Of a DNA stretch of 64,000 nt, positions 20,588 through 30,554 are shown piece after piece. The translations under genes were made by a program, and so were the position numbers. The DNA is from Polyangiaceae bacterium (GTDB lineage: Bacteria > Myxococcota_A > Polyangia > Polyangiales > Polyangiaceae): assembly GCA_044224495.1 (NCBI GenBank), contig JBGAKG010000005.1, positions 172,711 through 236,710 on the forward strand. Direction: 5' to 3'. Positions within the stretch are counted from its first letter, which is position 1, and each line of letters begins with the position of its first letter. The notes under the pieces were generated by a model, which saw nothing but the letters and a program-made list of their open reading frames with translations, was not told the origin of the DNA and did not search any database.

Positions 20588-21660
20588 GCGAGCTCACCGC
20601 ACAGCTCGAGCGCGCGCTTCTCCGTGAGCTCGCGCTCGAGTGGCGGCGCGTGAACGCGAGCTACTTCAAGGACGCGATGCGTCCGCCGACGGTGATGCTC
20701 GTCCCGGCCGAGGGCATCCTCGGGCGGTGGGAGAACGCGACGCGCACGCTCGCGATCTCGCGTCCCTTCGTCCTGTCCGCCGGCTGGGGTGCCGTCGTCG
20801 AGGTCGTGAAGCACGAGATGGCGCATCAGTACGTCAGCGAGGTGCTGAAGATCGAGGACGAGACGCCGCACGGGCCCGCGTTCCGCGACGTGTGTCGCCG
20901 GCTCGGCATCGACGGCGCCGCGCGCGGCGTGCCCGCGGCGACCCCGACCGATGCCGCGGAGGCACGCGCCGTCGAGCGGATCGCCAAGTTGCTCGCGCTC
21001 GCGGAGAGCCCGAACCAGCATGAGGCCGAAGCCGCGATGGCGGCCGCGCAGCGCTTGATGCTGAAGCACAACCTCGAGCAGCGCGCGGCGGCGTCGCAGC
21101 TTCCCTACGGCTTCCGGCACCTCGGGAAGCCGTCGGGGCGCGTGGGCGAGGCGGAGCGCTTGCTCGCCGCGCTCCTCGGGCGTCACTTCTTCGTGCAGGT
21201 GATCTGGGTGCCCGTCTATCGCGCGCGAGAGGGAAAGCGCGGCAGCGTGCTCGAGATCTGCGGGACCGAGGCCAACCTCGCGATGGCCGAGTACGTCCAC
21301 GCCTACCTGCTCCACACCGCCGAAGAGCTCTGGGCCGCGCACAAACGCGCGCGCGGGATCAAAGGCGATGCCGAGCGGAGAACCTACCTCGCCGGCGTCA
21401 TGGCCGGCTTCGCGGAGAAGCTCGTGCGGCAGGAAGCCGCGCACGAGCGCGAGGGGCTCGTCTGGGTCCGCGACGCGGACCTCGAGGGCTACTACCGGCG
21501 CCGCCACCCGTACGTGCGGAACGTTCGCTACGGCGGGCAGCGCCGCACGGAGACCTTCTCGCGCGGGCGCGAGGCGGGACAGAGCATCGTGCTGCGCAAG
21601 CCCGTCGGCGGCGCCGCGACCGCGCGCGGGAACCTCCTCGGCCCCGGCCCGCGCCGCTGA
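20584..21660 (+). CDS. SprT-like zinc metalloprotease domain protein with a DUF2786-like segment
   Basis: HEMAHQ zincin motif in an SprT-like context (VMLVPAEGILGRWEN...LAISRP). DUF2786-like region IAKLLALAESPNQHEAEAAMAAAQRLMLKHNL. Confidence 0.65.
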   Translation: MSELTAQLERALLRELALEWRRVNASYFKDAMRPPTVMLVPAEGILGRWENATRTLAISRPFVLSAGWGAVVEVVKHEMAHQYVSEVLKIEDETPHGPAFRDVCRRLGIDGAARGVPAATPTDAAEARAVERIAKLLALAESPNQHEAEAAMAAAQRLMLKHNLEQRAAASQLPYGFRHLGKPSGRVGEAERLLAALLGRHFFVQVIWVPVYRAREGKRGSVLEICGTEANLAMAEYVHAYLLHTAEELWAAHKRARGIKGDAERRTYLAGVMAGFAEKLVRQEAAHEREGLVWVRDADLEGYYRRRHPYVRNVRYGGQRRTETFSRGREAGQSIVLRKPVGGAATARGNLLGPGPRR

Positions 21661-21682
21661 CTTTTCTGCTACGAACGCGGGC

Positions 21683-23761
21683 ATGCGCCTTCGTACCCGC
21701 ACGGCTCCGTTCGCCCTCGCCCTCGTGCTCGCCCTCCCCTTCGTCGCGCGGGGCTCCGCGCATGCCGACGAAGGCATGTGGCCGTACGACATGGTGCCCA
21801 AGGAGAAGATCCTCAAGGACCACGGCGTGAGCGTGAGCGACGCGATGCTCGACCGCCTGCGCCAAGCCACCGTGCGCCTCTCGAGCGGCGGCACGGGCTC
21901 CTTCGTCTCGGGCCAGGGGCTGATCCTCACGAACCACCACGTCGCGTCCGACTGCATCGCGAAAATCGCTTCGGCGCAGCACAACTACATGGACGAGGGC
22001 TTCCTCGCCGCGAAGGACGGCGGCGAAGCGCGCTGCCCCGATCTCGCCGCCGACGTGCTCGTCTCGATGAGCGACGTCACGCCGCGCGTGAAGGGCGTGC
22101 GCAAGGACGGCATGAACGACGCCGACGCGAACGTCGCGATGAAGGCGGAGATGGGCAAGATCGAGAAGGAGTGCTCCGAGAAGGGGCAGCCCGCGCCGCG
22201 CTGCGAGGTCGTGACGCTCTACGCCGGCGGCAAGTACGTCCTCTACACGTACAAGCGCTACACGGACCTGCGCCTCGTCTTCGCGCCCGAGGCGACGATC
22301 GCGTTCTTCGGCGGCGACCCCGACAACTTCACCTACCCGCGCTTCGACCTCGACATGGCCCTGTTCCGCGCCTACGAGGGCGACAAGCCCGCGACCCCGG
22401 CCGCGTTCCTCAAGTGGAACGAAGGTGGCGCGAAGGACGGCGAGACCGTCTTCGTCAGCGGGAACCCCGGCGCGACCGGGCGGCTGCAGCCCTTCGCGCA
22501 GCTCGAGCGCCTGCGCGACACCGTCTACCCGTGGGTGATCGCGTCGCTCGTCCGCGAGCGGGATCTCCTGAAGGGGCTCTCCACGCAGGGCAAGGAGTAC
22601 GAGCGCGAGGCGCGGGAGCCGATCTTCGGCGTCGAGAACGGGATCAAGGCGCTCACCGGCTACCTCGGTGGGCTCAAGGATCCGGCGCTCATGAAGAAGA
22701 AGCAGACCGACGAGGCCGCGCTCCAGAAGGGCATCGACGCGGACCCCAAGCTCAAGGCCACCTTCGGCACCACCTTCGCCGACGTGAAGAAGGCCCAGGA
22801 CCGCCTCGGTGCCATCTACGCGAAGTACGCCACGCTCGAGCGCGGCAGCTCCTCGACGCTGATGGGCTTCGCGCGCACGCTCGTGCGTCTCGCGGCCGAG
22901 AAGCCCCTCCCGAGCGAGAAACGGCTCCGCGAGTACCGCGACGCGAACCTCGAGGAGGTCGAGCGCGAGCTCCTCTCGAGCGCGCCCGTCTACGGCGCGG
23001 TCGAGGTCGTGCTGGTCCGCGCGTGGCTCGAGCAAGCCCAGCGCGTGCTCCCCGCGAGCCAGCTCGCGCCGTTCCTCCGCGGCGAGTCGCCCGAGCGCGC
23101 CGCCCAGCGCATGGTCTCCGAGTCGAAGCTCTCCGACGTCTACGCGCGGCGCAGCCTTCTCTCCGGTGGCGCCGCCGCCGTCGCCGCCTCGGACGATCCG
23201 TTCGTGCAGCTCGCGCGCGCGATGGACCCGGACGCGCGCGCCATCCGCACGACCTACGAGTCCGACGTGGAGGCGCCGATGCGGAAGCTCGGCTCCGATC
23301 TCGCGCAGCTCCAGTTCGCCGTCCGCGGCTCGTCCGCGCCGCCGGACGCGACGTTCACGCTCCGCCTCTCGATCGGGATCGTGAAGGGGTACACCGAGAA
23401 GGGTCGCGCGATCCCGTTCGCGACCGACTTCGCCGGGATGTACGCGCACGCGACGGGGACGGACCCGTTCAAGCTCCCGCCGGCGTGGCTCGCCAAGAAG
23501 GACGCGTTGACGAAGACCACCAAGCTCAACTTCGTCTCCACGAACGACATCATCGGCGGCAACAGCGGCAGCCCGGTGACGAACGCGCAAGGCGAGCTCG
23601 TCGGGCTGATCTTCGACGGCAACCTCTCCTCGCTCCCGAACCGCTTCGTCTACCGCGAGGAGACCGAGCGCGCCGTCAGCGTCGACACCGCCGGCATGAC
23701 GGAGGCGCTCCTGAAGATCTACGGCGCCGACTCCATCGTGAAGGAGCTGCGCGGCAACTGA
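21683..23761 (+). CDS. S46 family serine peptidase (dipeptidyl-peptidase 7/11-like)
   Basis: Signal peptide, then the family-typical DEGMWP start. His in LTNHHVASDC. Catalytic Ser GGNSGSPV. 692 aa. Confidence 0.85.
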   Translation: MRLRTRTAPFALALVLALPFVARGSAHADEGMWPYDMVPKEKILKDHGVSVSDAMLDRLRQATVRLSSGGTGSFVSGQGLILTNHHVASDCIAKIASAQHNYMDEGFLAAKDGGEARCPDLAADVLVSMSDVTPRVKGVRKDGMNDADANVAMKAEMGKIEKECSEKGQPAPRCEVVTLYAGGKYVLYTYKRYTDLRLVFAPEATIAFFGGDPDNFTYPRFDLDMALFRAYEGDKPATPAAFLKWNEGGAKDGETVFVSGNPGATGRLQPFAQLERLRDTVYPWVIASLVRERDLLKGLSTQGKEYEREAREPIFGVENGIKALTGYLGGLKDPALMKKKQTDEAALQKGIDADPKLKATFGTTFADVKKAQDRLGAIYAKYATLERGSSSTLMGFARTLVRLAAEKPLPSEKRLREYRDANLEEVERELLSSAPVYGAVEVVLVRAWLEQAQRVLPASQLAPFLRGESPERAAQRMVSESKLSDVYARRSLLSGGAAAVAASDDPFVQLARAMDPDARAIRTTYESDVEAPMRKLGSDLAQLQFAVRGSSAPPDATFTLRLSIGIVKGYTEKGRAIPFATDFAGMYAHATGTDPFKLPPAWLAKKDALTKTTKLNFVSTNDIIGGNSGSPVTNAQGELVGLIFDGNLSSLPNRFVYREETERAVSVDTAGMTEALLKIYGADSIVKELRGN

Positions 23762-23830
23762 CGCGCGCGAGTCGCGAGAGACCGCGAGAGCTCGCGAGCG
23801 ATCGCGGGATGGAGTGACGGCGATCCATGC

Positions 23831-25339
23831 GTGCATAATGCAAAAGGGTCACGCCGCCGCTCCGGTTTTCGAGTAGGCTGGAGTGAGATGGTGGCGCCGC
23901 ACGGGAAACCCGAGCCGCCGGATCTCGCGGAGGGAACCCGGCTCCTCGACCGCTACGTGATCGTCGATCGCGTGGCGGGCGGCGGCATGGCCTCCATCTA
24001 CCGCGCCCACGACGAGCGCCTCCGTCGCATCGTGTGTGTGAAGCTGCTCCGAACGATCCTGGAGCTCGGCAGCACTGAGGGGAACGCCGTCTATCAGGCG
24101 ACCTACTCGCACTTCCTCCAAGAGGCGCTCGCCCTTTCGCGCCTGCGTCACCCGAACACGCTCACGATCTACGACTTCGGTTACCTCGAGGAGAACGGGC
24201 GCCCGTTCCAGATCTCGGAGTTCCTCGACGGCGGCAACCTCGAAGAGCACGTGAAGGCGCACGGCCCGCTCCACCCGCAGGACGCGCTCGCGATCCTCGA
24301 TCCGATCGGCGGCGCCATCGTCGAGGCGCACGGCGCGCGCATCATCCACCGCGACATCAAGCCGTCGAACATCCTCTTCGGGCGCGTCGGCGCGTCGCTC
24401 GTGCCGAAGCTCGCCGATTTCGGGATCGCGCACTCGCGCCCGGCGCGCCGTTCTTCGCTCGGCGACCCGGCGGAAGAAGAGTCGGTGAGCCTCGTCAGCC
24501 TGTTCTCGCCGCGCTGGGCCGCCCCCGAGCAGCTCGCGGGCGCGTCGTCGGGCCCCGCGACCGACATCTACTCGTTCGCGCTCCTGACCCACTACATGCT
24601 CACCGGCGCCATGATGTTCCCCGGGCGCGAGGTGCGCGCGACGTTCCCCGAGCGCATCCTGGGCGACACGCTCGTCGGCCGCCGCATCGCGGAGACGAAC
24701 ACGCCGGAGGGCGCGCGTGCGGCCCTCGTCCGCGCCATCCGTGCGGTCCCCGAGCAGCGCACGCCCACCATCGAGGCGTTCCTCCGGGAGCTGCGGGACG
24801 GCTTGCTCCCCACCGCGCCGGTCTCGCTCCGTCCGCCGCCCGAGCCTTCGTCGGCCACGATGTCGGGTCAAGTCCCACCTCCGCCTGCACCCTCGAGCCG
24901 CAGCCTGCCCGAGTCGGGGGAGCGCCCCATCCACGCGCGACGGCCGCCGCGGGTCGTCGAGGTGGACGAGCGCCTGGACCTCGTCGTGGCGACCCCCACG
25001 ACGCAGGAGGCCCGTTTCCGCGTCACCATCGTGCCGAGCGCGGAGGGGGGCTACCGCCTCAACGTGAAGGGGCTGAACTGCTTCGTGATGCGGGAGAACC
25101 GGCCGACCCCCGCGGTGGTGGTCGATCAGGACGAGACCCTCACGCTCGTCTCGAGCGCGCGCGAAAATTGGGGCCGGATCACCCTTCTCTTCGGCGCCGT
25201 GCGGGGCGACTCCCGCGTGTTTCTGGTGGACGGTGGTGAGCTTTTGCTACCCTTGTCCCAAGCGCGTCGCGCGGCGGCCGTCCACGTGGAACGGACGGGG
25301 GAGCTCGTCCTCCTTTGCCAGCGGGCGAGCGGAGCGTGA
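23831..25339 (+). CDS. Ser/Thr protein kinase with a C-terminal FHA-like/unknown domain
   Basis: VAGGGMASIYRA Gly loop, VCVKLL, HRDIKPSNIL, DFG, APEQ. Alternative start MVAPHGK at 23888. The stop overlaps the next kinase start (TGATG). Confidence 0.85.
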   Translation: MHNAKGSRRRSGFRVGWSEMVAPHGKPEPPDLAEGTRLLDRYVIVDRVAGGGMASIYRAHDERLRRIVCVKLLRTILELGSTEGNAVYQATYSHFLQEALALSRLRHPNTLTIYDFGYLEENGRPFQISEFLDGGNLEEHVKAHGPLHPQDALAILDPIGGAIVEAHGARIIHRDIKPSNILFGRVGASLVPKLADFGIAHSRPARRSSLGDPAEEESVSLVSLFSPRWAAPEQLAGASSGPATDIYSFALLTHYMLTGAMMFPGREVRATFPERILGDTLVGRRIAETNTPEGARAALVRAIRAVPEQRTPTIEAFLRELRDGLLPTAPVSLRPPPEPSSATMSGQVPPPPAPSSRSLPESGERPIHARRPPRVVEVDERLDLVVATPTTQEARFRVTIVPSAEGGYRLNVKGLNCFVMRENRPTPAVVVDQDETLTLVSSARENWGRITLLFGAVRGDSRVFLVDGGELLLPLSQARRAAAVHVERTGELVLLCQRASGA

Positions 25340-27195
25340 TGCAGAACAAACCCGAGGTCCCCCCGTCGTCTGCGCCGTCGTCGAGCGAGATCACGCTCAC
25401 CGGCGAAACCGGGCAAGCCGCCCCGGCGGATCCGGGGACGGGCCCGCGCCCGGCGCCCCCCCCGATGCGGCCTCGGCCTCCCCTCGCCCGTCCGGCCACG
25501 CCCACGGCCTTCGAGCCCATCGGGCACGGCGCTTCGGCGTCCGCCGCGGCCGCACCCCGTCCCGCGGAGACGCCCGCCACGTTCGTGCCGAGCACGGCGC
25601 CGCCTCCGGTGCAGCCGCAACCGAGCTACGCGCCGCCCCCCGTTTCGGCAGCCCCGCCGCCGGCCGCTGCGATTCGCGCCGACATCGGTCATCAACCGCA
25701 GCTCCGCCAGCGGCCGGCGCCCACCCACGTCCTCCGATCGCGGGCCTATGCGTTCGTGCTCGACGAGCACGGACTCCCGATCGAGCTCGGCTCCGGTCGC
25801 TTCGCGAAGGCGTACCTCGGCGAAGAGCGTTGGCTCGAGTCGAAGACGGACTTCCGGCGCTCCGTCGTCATCAAGATCCTCCAGAAGGGCGTCAGCGAAG
25901 AAGACATGATGCGCTTCCAGATGGAGAAGGAGCTCCTGGAGCGCGTCCAGGGGCACCCGAACATCATCCGTCTCCACGCCAGCGGCGAAGGCAACGACGG
26001 CGACTTCATCCCGGCGTCGATTCGCGACTCGGTCGAGCCCGAGTACATGATCCTCGAGCGCCTCGACATGTCGCTCGAAGAGCGGCTGAAGGGCTCGCGC
26101 ACGCGCGGCCAGAAGGAAGACCTCCTCGCGTCGCCGATGCAGGAGCGCATGTTCCGCGTGCTCGACTACATGATCCCGATCGCCTCGGCGATCGAGTACG
26201 CGCACCTCGTCCGCAACATCTGCCACCGCGATCTGAAGCCGGCGAACATCCTGATCGGGCTCCCCGATCCGGGCCTCCGCGGCTCCCAGCTCGAGGTGCG
26301 CCTCGCCGACTTCAACGTCGCGAAGCTCCACGACGAGGAAGTCAGCATCCAGATGACGCAGCTCCGCTCCGTGCCGGGCACGCTCTTCTTCCAGAGCCCG
26401 GAGCAGGAGACGAACATCCTCGAGCTGCTCGTGAACGTCGCGCAGGGCTCGCCCGAGATCGAGTACTTCGAGGATTTCTACATCCAGATCGCCAAGAACG
26501 ACACGTTCTCGCTCTTCAACCGCGGCGAGCAGTACCCGATCCTCTACGCCGACCGCACGCGCAAGCGCATCATGCTCGCGCGCCCGTACCGCGGCCCGAA
26601 CGAGAGCAACGTGCGCGCGCGCATCCAGAAGAGCGTCGGCCGCCCGGCGGACATCTACTCGCTCGGCGCGACGTTCTACTATTTGATCTCGGGCGCCTAC
26701 GCGAACCCGAAGACCCTGTACGACACGTTCCACAAGTTCATCGAGTACGAGCGCGCGGAGGAATCGAACACGATCGAGTCGTACCTCGCGCACGAGTACG
26801 GGGTCATCAACTCGCTCCGCGCGCCGAAGACCGAAGGCGGCGTCGAGGTCGCGCCGGCCGATCGCTTCTTCTCGTACAAGCACTACCTGGACGGGAACGG
26901 CGAGCTCATCGACCCGCACGTGATGAAGATCATCGCGAAGTGCATGATCCGGAACAAGCCGGACAGCTACTGCCAGTCGCACGAGATCGACACGCGCGGC
27001 ATCACCGATCTGGTGAACGACCTGATCGAGCTCTACACCATCTTCGGCGTGCACCCGGCCGCGCGCCCCCCGCAGCTCGGGCGCAGCCTGGGCCGCCCCG
27101 GCGGCAAGAAGCTCGCAAAGAGCCTCGACCGCTTCGGCAGCCGCCTGAAGTGGTGGTGGATCACGTTGATGAACAAGTTGCGGGGCCGGCGCTAG
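25339..27195 (+). CDS. Ser/Thr protein kinase with a Pro-rich N-terminal region
   Basis: About 120 aa Pro/Ala-rich N-terminus (PRPAPPPMRPRPPLARP...), then a kinase: LGSGRFAKAY, VVIKIL, HRDLKPANIL, DFNVAK, SPEQ. ATG 25339 overlaps the upstream TGA. Confidence 0.85.
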   Translation: MQNKPEVPPSSAPSSSEITLTGETGQAAPADPGTGPRPAPPPMRPRPPLARPATPTAFEPIGHGASASAAAAPRPAETPATFVPSTAPPPVQPQPSYAPPPVSAAPPPAAAIRADIGHQPQLRQRPAPTHVLRSRAYAFVLDEHGLPIELGSGRFAKAYLGEERWLESKTDFRRSVVIKILQKGVSEEDMMRFQMEKELLERVQGHPNIIRLHASGEGNDGDFIPASIRDSVEPEYMILERLDMSLEERLKGSRTRGQKEDLLASPMQERMFRVLDYMIPIASAIEYAHLVRNICHRDLKPANILIGLPDPGLRGSQLEVRLADFNVAKLHDEEVSIQMTQLRSVPGTLFFQSPEQETNILELLVNVAQGSPEIEYFEDFYIQIAKNDTFSLFNRGEQYPILYADRTRKRIMLARPYRGPNESNVRARIQKSVGRPADIYSLGATFYYLISGAYANPKTLYDTFHKFIEYERAEESNTIESYLAHEYGVINSLRAPKTEGGVEVAPADRFFSYKHYLDGNGELIDPHVMKIIAKCMIRNKPDSYCQSHEIDTRGITDLVNDLIELYTIFGVHPAARPPQLGRSLGRPGGKKLAKSLDRFGSRLKWWWITLMNKLRGRR

Positions 27196-27214
27196 ACGCC
27201 ACAAGCCGAATACG

Positions 27215-27328
27215 AACCACGGAACAGGAATGGGAACGCGGATCGCGGAACGGTGAAGCGAGCTCCGCGTTCGGGTCCCGCGTCCCGCGTTCCCGATCCC
27301 GTTCCGTGTTCCCTGTTCGTCTTTTTCT
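27215..27328. terminator. extended imperfect inverted repeat between convergent genes (putative bidirectional terminator)
   Basis: cgaaccacggaacaggaatgggaacgcggatcg...cgttcccgatcccgttccgtgttccctgttcg, followed by TCTTTTTCTCTC on the plus strand. Lies between the kinase stop (27195) and the panB stop (27330). Confidence 0.45.
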
Positions 27329-27329
27329 C

Positions 27330-28268
27330 TCAGTGACGAATCGGCGACCCCACGTCGTCCGTAATCTCCGGCGCGCTGGGCCTCGCCTCGACGACCGCCG
27401 GCAGCTCTGGCCTCGAGTCGTCCGCGCGATTCGGCTTGTACGTGTGTTCCTTCGAGGGGAACTCGCCGCTCCGCACTTCCTTCACGTACGTGCTCACCGC
27501 CGTCTTGGCCGCTTCGCCCAGCTCGGCGAAGCGCTTCGCGAACTTCGGCGTGTGCCCGAGCGACAGACCGAGCAAGTCGGTACAGACGAGGACTTGCCCG
27601 TCGCACGCGACCCCCGCGCCGATGCCGATCGTCGGGATCCGCAGCGTCGCCGTGATGCGCGTGGCCACGTCGGGCGGGATCGCCTCGAGCACCACCGCGA
27701 ACGCACCGGCAGCTTCGACCGCGAGCGCGTCGCGGAGGAGTTGCTCCGCCGCGCCTTCGCCGCGGCCCTGCACCTTGAACCCACCCAGCGCGTGAACGCT
27801 CTGCGGCGTGAGCCCGACGTGACCCACGACCGGGATCCCCGCCCGCACGATCCGGTGGATGTGCTCGGCGAACGCCTCCCCACCCTCCAGCTTGACGCTC
27901 TCGAACGCGCCGTCCTTCATGAGCTTGCCAGCGCTCTCGACCGCCTGGACCGCCGACACCTGGTACGACATGAAGGGCATGTCGCCGACGACGTGCGCAT
28001 GGGTCGCCCCGCGGCCGACCGCGCGCCCGTGGTACGCGATCTCGTCGAGGGTGACGGGGATCGTGTTGGAGAGGCCCTGGACGACCATCCCGAGGGAGTC
28101 CCCCACCAGGATCATGTCCACGCCCCCCTCGTCCACGATCCGCGCCATCGTGTAGTCGTAGGCGGTGACCATCGCGATGGCCTCCGCACCGTGGGCGACC
28201 TTGCGATCGCGGAGCTCGGGGACGGTGACTTTGCGCGCCCTGTTGGGGGGCGCTGCCGGGCTGTACAT
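27330..28268 (-). CDS. panB: 3-methyl-2-oxobutanoate hydroxymethyltransferase
   Basis: MVTAYDY, ILVGDSLGMV, GIGAG..CDGQVLV motifs of KPHMT. 312 aa with a C-terminal extension. Confidence 0.9.
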   Translation of the reverse strand: MYSPAAPPNRARKVTVPELRDRKVAHGAEAIAMVTAYDYTMARIVDEGGVDMILVGDSLGMVVQGLSNTIPVTLDEIAYHGRAVGRGATHAHVVGDMPFMSYQVSAVQAVESAGKLMKDGAFESVKLEGGEAFAEHIHRIVRAGIPVVGHVGLTPQSVHALGGFKVQGRGEGAAEQLLRDALAVEAAGAFAVVLEAIPPDVATRITATLRIPTIGIGAGVACDGQVLVCTDLLGLSLGHTPKFAKRFAELGEAAKTAVSTYVKEVRSGEFPSKEHTYKPNRADDSRPELPAVVEARPSAPEITDDVGSPIRH

Positions 28269-28371
28269 GCTCTACCTCCGGTCGACGCCTGAAAGGTCGC
28301 CGCCAATGACTCCACCGTAGTTCGGGTTCCGAGGCGTGTCCACGGCCCGAAAGTAGTCTAAGCTGCCACCC

Positions 28372-28809
28372 GTGGCGTACCGCCTCGGTCTTCGACCGCT
28401 CCCCGCAGCAATTCTCCTGGGGTTCTCGTGCCTTGTCGCAGGGTGCGATCGTCCTCCGTCCGACGGCATCCGTGAGTGGACCCCGCAGGACCACGATCAT
28501 TTGGACCAGCAGGAGCAGCAGGGGGCCGCAGCCCCCAGCAGCGAAGAGGACAAGCGCGCGATGATCATCGAAGCCGCCTGGGCCCAGAACTGCGCGGCCT
28601 GCCACGGCGCCATCGGGCACGGCGACGGCCCCAACGGCGCGCTCGTGAAGGCGCCCGACCTCACCCGCCCCGACTGGCAGGCGAAGGTGACCGACGAGGA
28701 GATCGCGACGCGCATCCGCGAGGGCAAAGGCCTGATGCCCAAGTTCGACCTGCCGCCCGAGACCGTCGCCGGCCTCGTGGTCCGCATCCGCGCGACGAAG
28801 GGGCGCTGA
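28372..28809 (+). CDS. class I c-type cytochrome lipoprotein (monoheme)
   Basis: Lipobox LVAGC. Single CAACH heme-binding motif with a downstream Met (GLMPKF) as candidate sixth ligand. Confidence 0.7.
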   Translation: MAYRLGLRPLPAAILLGFSCLVAGCDRPPSDGIREWTPQDHDHLDQQEQQGAAAPSSEEDKRAMIIEAAWAQNCAACHGAIGHGDGPNGALVKAPDLTRPDWQAKVTDEEIATRIREGKGLMPKFDLPPETVAGLVVRIRATKGR

Positions 28810-28813
28810 CGCG

Positions 28814-29215
28814 ATGAGCCGGCGCCGCCCGATCCTGGTCGTGCTGTTCGTGCTCGCGCTCGGTGGCTACTGGTTCCTCTCCCCTCACCTCCCGAAGGAT
28901 CAATCCGTGAACGTCGTCCTCGGTGACGATGCGGCGGGGATCCAAGACGTGACGCTCCGCTACGTCGCGCACGGCGAGGCCGAGACCGCGCGCGAAGCCA
29001 CGTTCCACTTCGATCACGCCCCGCGCGTGGTCCATCACGAGCCCCGCCTGCCCGACGGCGACTACGATCTCTCGATCGAGCTCCGCGGCGGAGCGCCCGC
29101 GCTCAGCGCGCACGTCGATCGGCGCGTGAGCCTGAGCGGCGGTGCCACGACGAGCGTGGACGTGTCCGAGACGCGCCTCGCCGGCCTCGCCTCCGTCGAA
29201 GGGAGCGCGCCTTGA
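28814..29215 (+). CDS. membrane-anchored hypothetical protein
   Basis: N-terminal TM ILVVLFVLALGGYWFL. Its stop overlaps the start of the next gene. No recognisable family. Confidence 0.4.
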   Translation: MSRRRPILVVLFVLALGGYWFLSPHLPKDQSVNVVLGDDAAGIQDVTLRYVAHGEAETAREATFHFDHAPRVVHHEPRLPDGDYDLSIELRGGAPALSAHVDRRVSLSGGATTSVDVSETRLAGLASVEGSAP

Positions 29216-30546
29216 CCGACGGACCGATCGCCACCCGCGCCGCCACGCCGGGCCTCGACGCCGGCTCGAACCTCGTCGTCAGCATCCTCAGCGGTGCGCG
29301 GAAGGGTCACAAGCAGCCGCTCGGCGAGCGCTGCACGATCGGCAAGTCGAACGAGAACGACCTCGTCCTCCCCGACGACACCGTGTCGCGGCGCCACTGC
29401 GAGCTCATCCGCGAAGGCTCGTCGATCCGGGTCCGCGATCTCGACTCCACCAACGGCGTCCGCGTCGACGGCACGCGCGTGAAGGACGCTCTCCTCTCGC
29501 CCGGCGCCGTGCTGCGCGTCGGCGAGGTCGAGATCGCGCTTCGCCCCGCCGAGCGTCGACCCGAGGTGCTCCCGAGCGAACGGACCAACTTCGGCGGCGC
29601 GCTCGGCGAGAGCCTCGCGATGCGCACGATCTTCGGCGTGCTCGAGCGCATCGCTCCGACCGATGCGACGGTGCTGCTCCTCGGCGAGACGGGCACCGGC
29701 AAGGACGTCCTCGCCCGCGCGCTCGTCGCCGAAGGGCCGCGCAAGAGCGGCCCGTTCGTCGTCGTCGACTGCGGCGCGGTGAGCTACTCGCTCATCGAGA
29801 GCGAGCTCTTCGGCCACGAACGCGGCGCGTTCACCGGCGCGGTCGCGGCGCGCCAGGGCGCGTTCGAGCTCGCGCACGGCGGCACGGTGTTCCTCGACGA
29901 AATCGGCGACCTCCCGCTCGACGTCCAACCGAAGCTCCTGCGCGTGCTCGAGACGAAGGAGTTCCGCCGCGTCGGTGGCAACAAGCCGCTCCGGAGCGAC
30001 GCGCGCGTCATCGCAGCGACCAAGCGCGACCTCGACCGCGAGGTGAAGGCGGGGAAATTCCGCGAGGACCTCTTCTTCCGCCTCGCCGTCGTCCCGGTCA
30101 CGGTCCCTCCCCTCCGCCAGCGGCGCGAGGACGTCGCGATGATCGCCAAGCACATCCTCGCCGCGGCCGGCGCCGACTTCACGCTCGAACCGGACGCGCT
30201 CGCCGCCCTCGCCGCCCACGATTGGCCGGGCAACGTGCGCGAGCTCCGCAACGTCCTCGAGCGCGCGGTCTACATGGCGCGCGCGACGGGCACGTTCGAT
30301 CTCGGGACGCTCGCGCTCGGCGGCGGCGGCGAAGGCTCCGGCGCCTTCCACTTCGAGGCCGAGCACAGCTACCGCGAGACACGCACGCGCTTCGAGCAGG
30401 AGTTCGAGCGCCGCTACGTGCGCTGGCTCCTCGCCCGCCATCAAGGCAACGTGAGCGCCGCCGCGCGCGAGGCGCGGATGGACCGCAAGCACCTCAGCGA
30501 TCTCGCCAAGAGGCACGGGCTCCGCGGCGGCGACGAAGACGACTGA
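29212..30546 (+). CDS. FHA-domain sigma54-dependent transcriptional activator
   Basis: N-terminal FHA ([22 protein letters not shown]...STNGVRVDG). AAA+ sigma54 domain [24 protein letters not shown]-terminal HTH. Confidence 0.85.
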   Translation: MTDGPIATRAATPGLDAGSNLVVSILSGARKGHKQPLGERCTIGKSNENDLVLPDDTVSRRHCELIREGSSIRVRDLDSTNGVRVDGTRVKDALLSPGAVLRVGEVEIALRPAERRPEVLPSERTNFGGALGESLAMRTIFGVLERIAPTDATVLLLGETGTGKDVLARALVAEGPRKSGPFVVVDCGAVSYSLIESELFGHERGAFTGAVAARQGAFELAHGGTVFLDEIGDLPLDVQPKLLRVLETKEFRRVGGNKPLRSDARVIAATKRDLDREVKAGKFREDLFFRLAVVPVTVPPLRQRREDVAMIAKHILAAAGADFTLEPDALAALAAHDWPGNVRELRNVLERAVYMARATGTFDLGTLALGGGGEGSGAFHFEAEHSYRETRTRFEQEFERRYVRWLLARHQGNVSAAAREARMDRKHLSDLAKRHGLRGGDEDD

Positions 30547-30554
30547 TTACGGCC

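Noticed and set aside
28372-28809. Possibility that the small cytochrome c is part of a cbb3 or caa3 oxidase operon
   Set aside because: Neighbours are panB and a hypothetical membrane protein plus an FHA-sigma54 activator. No oxidase subunits are nearby.
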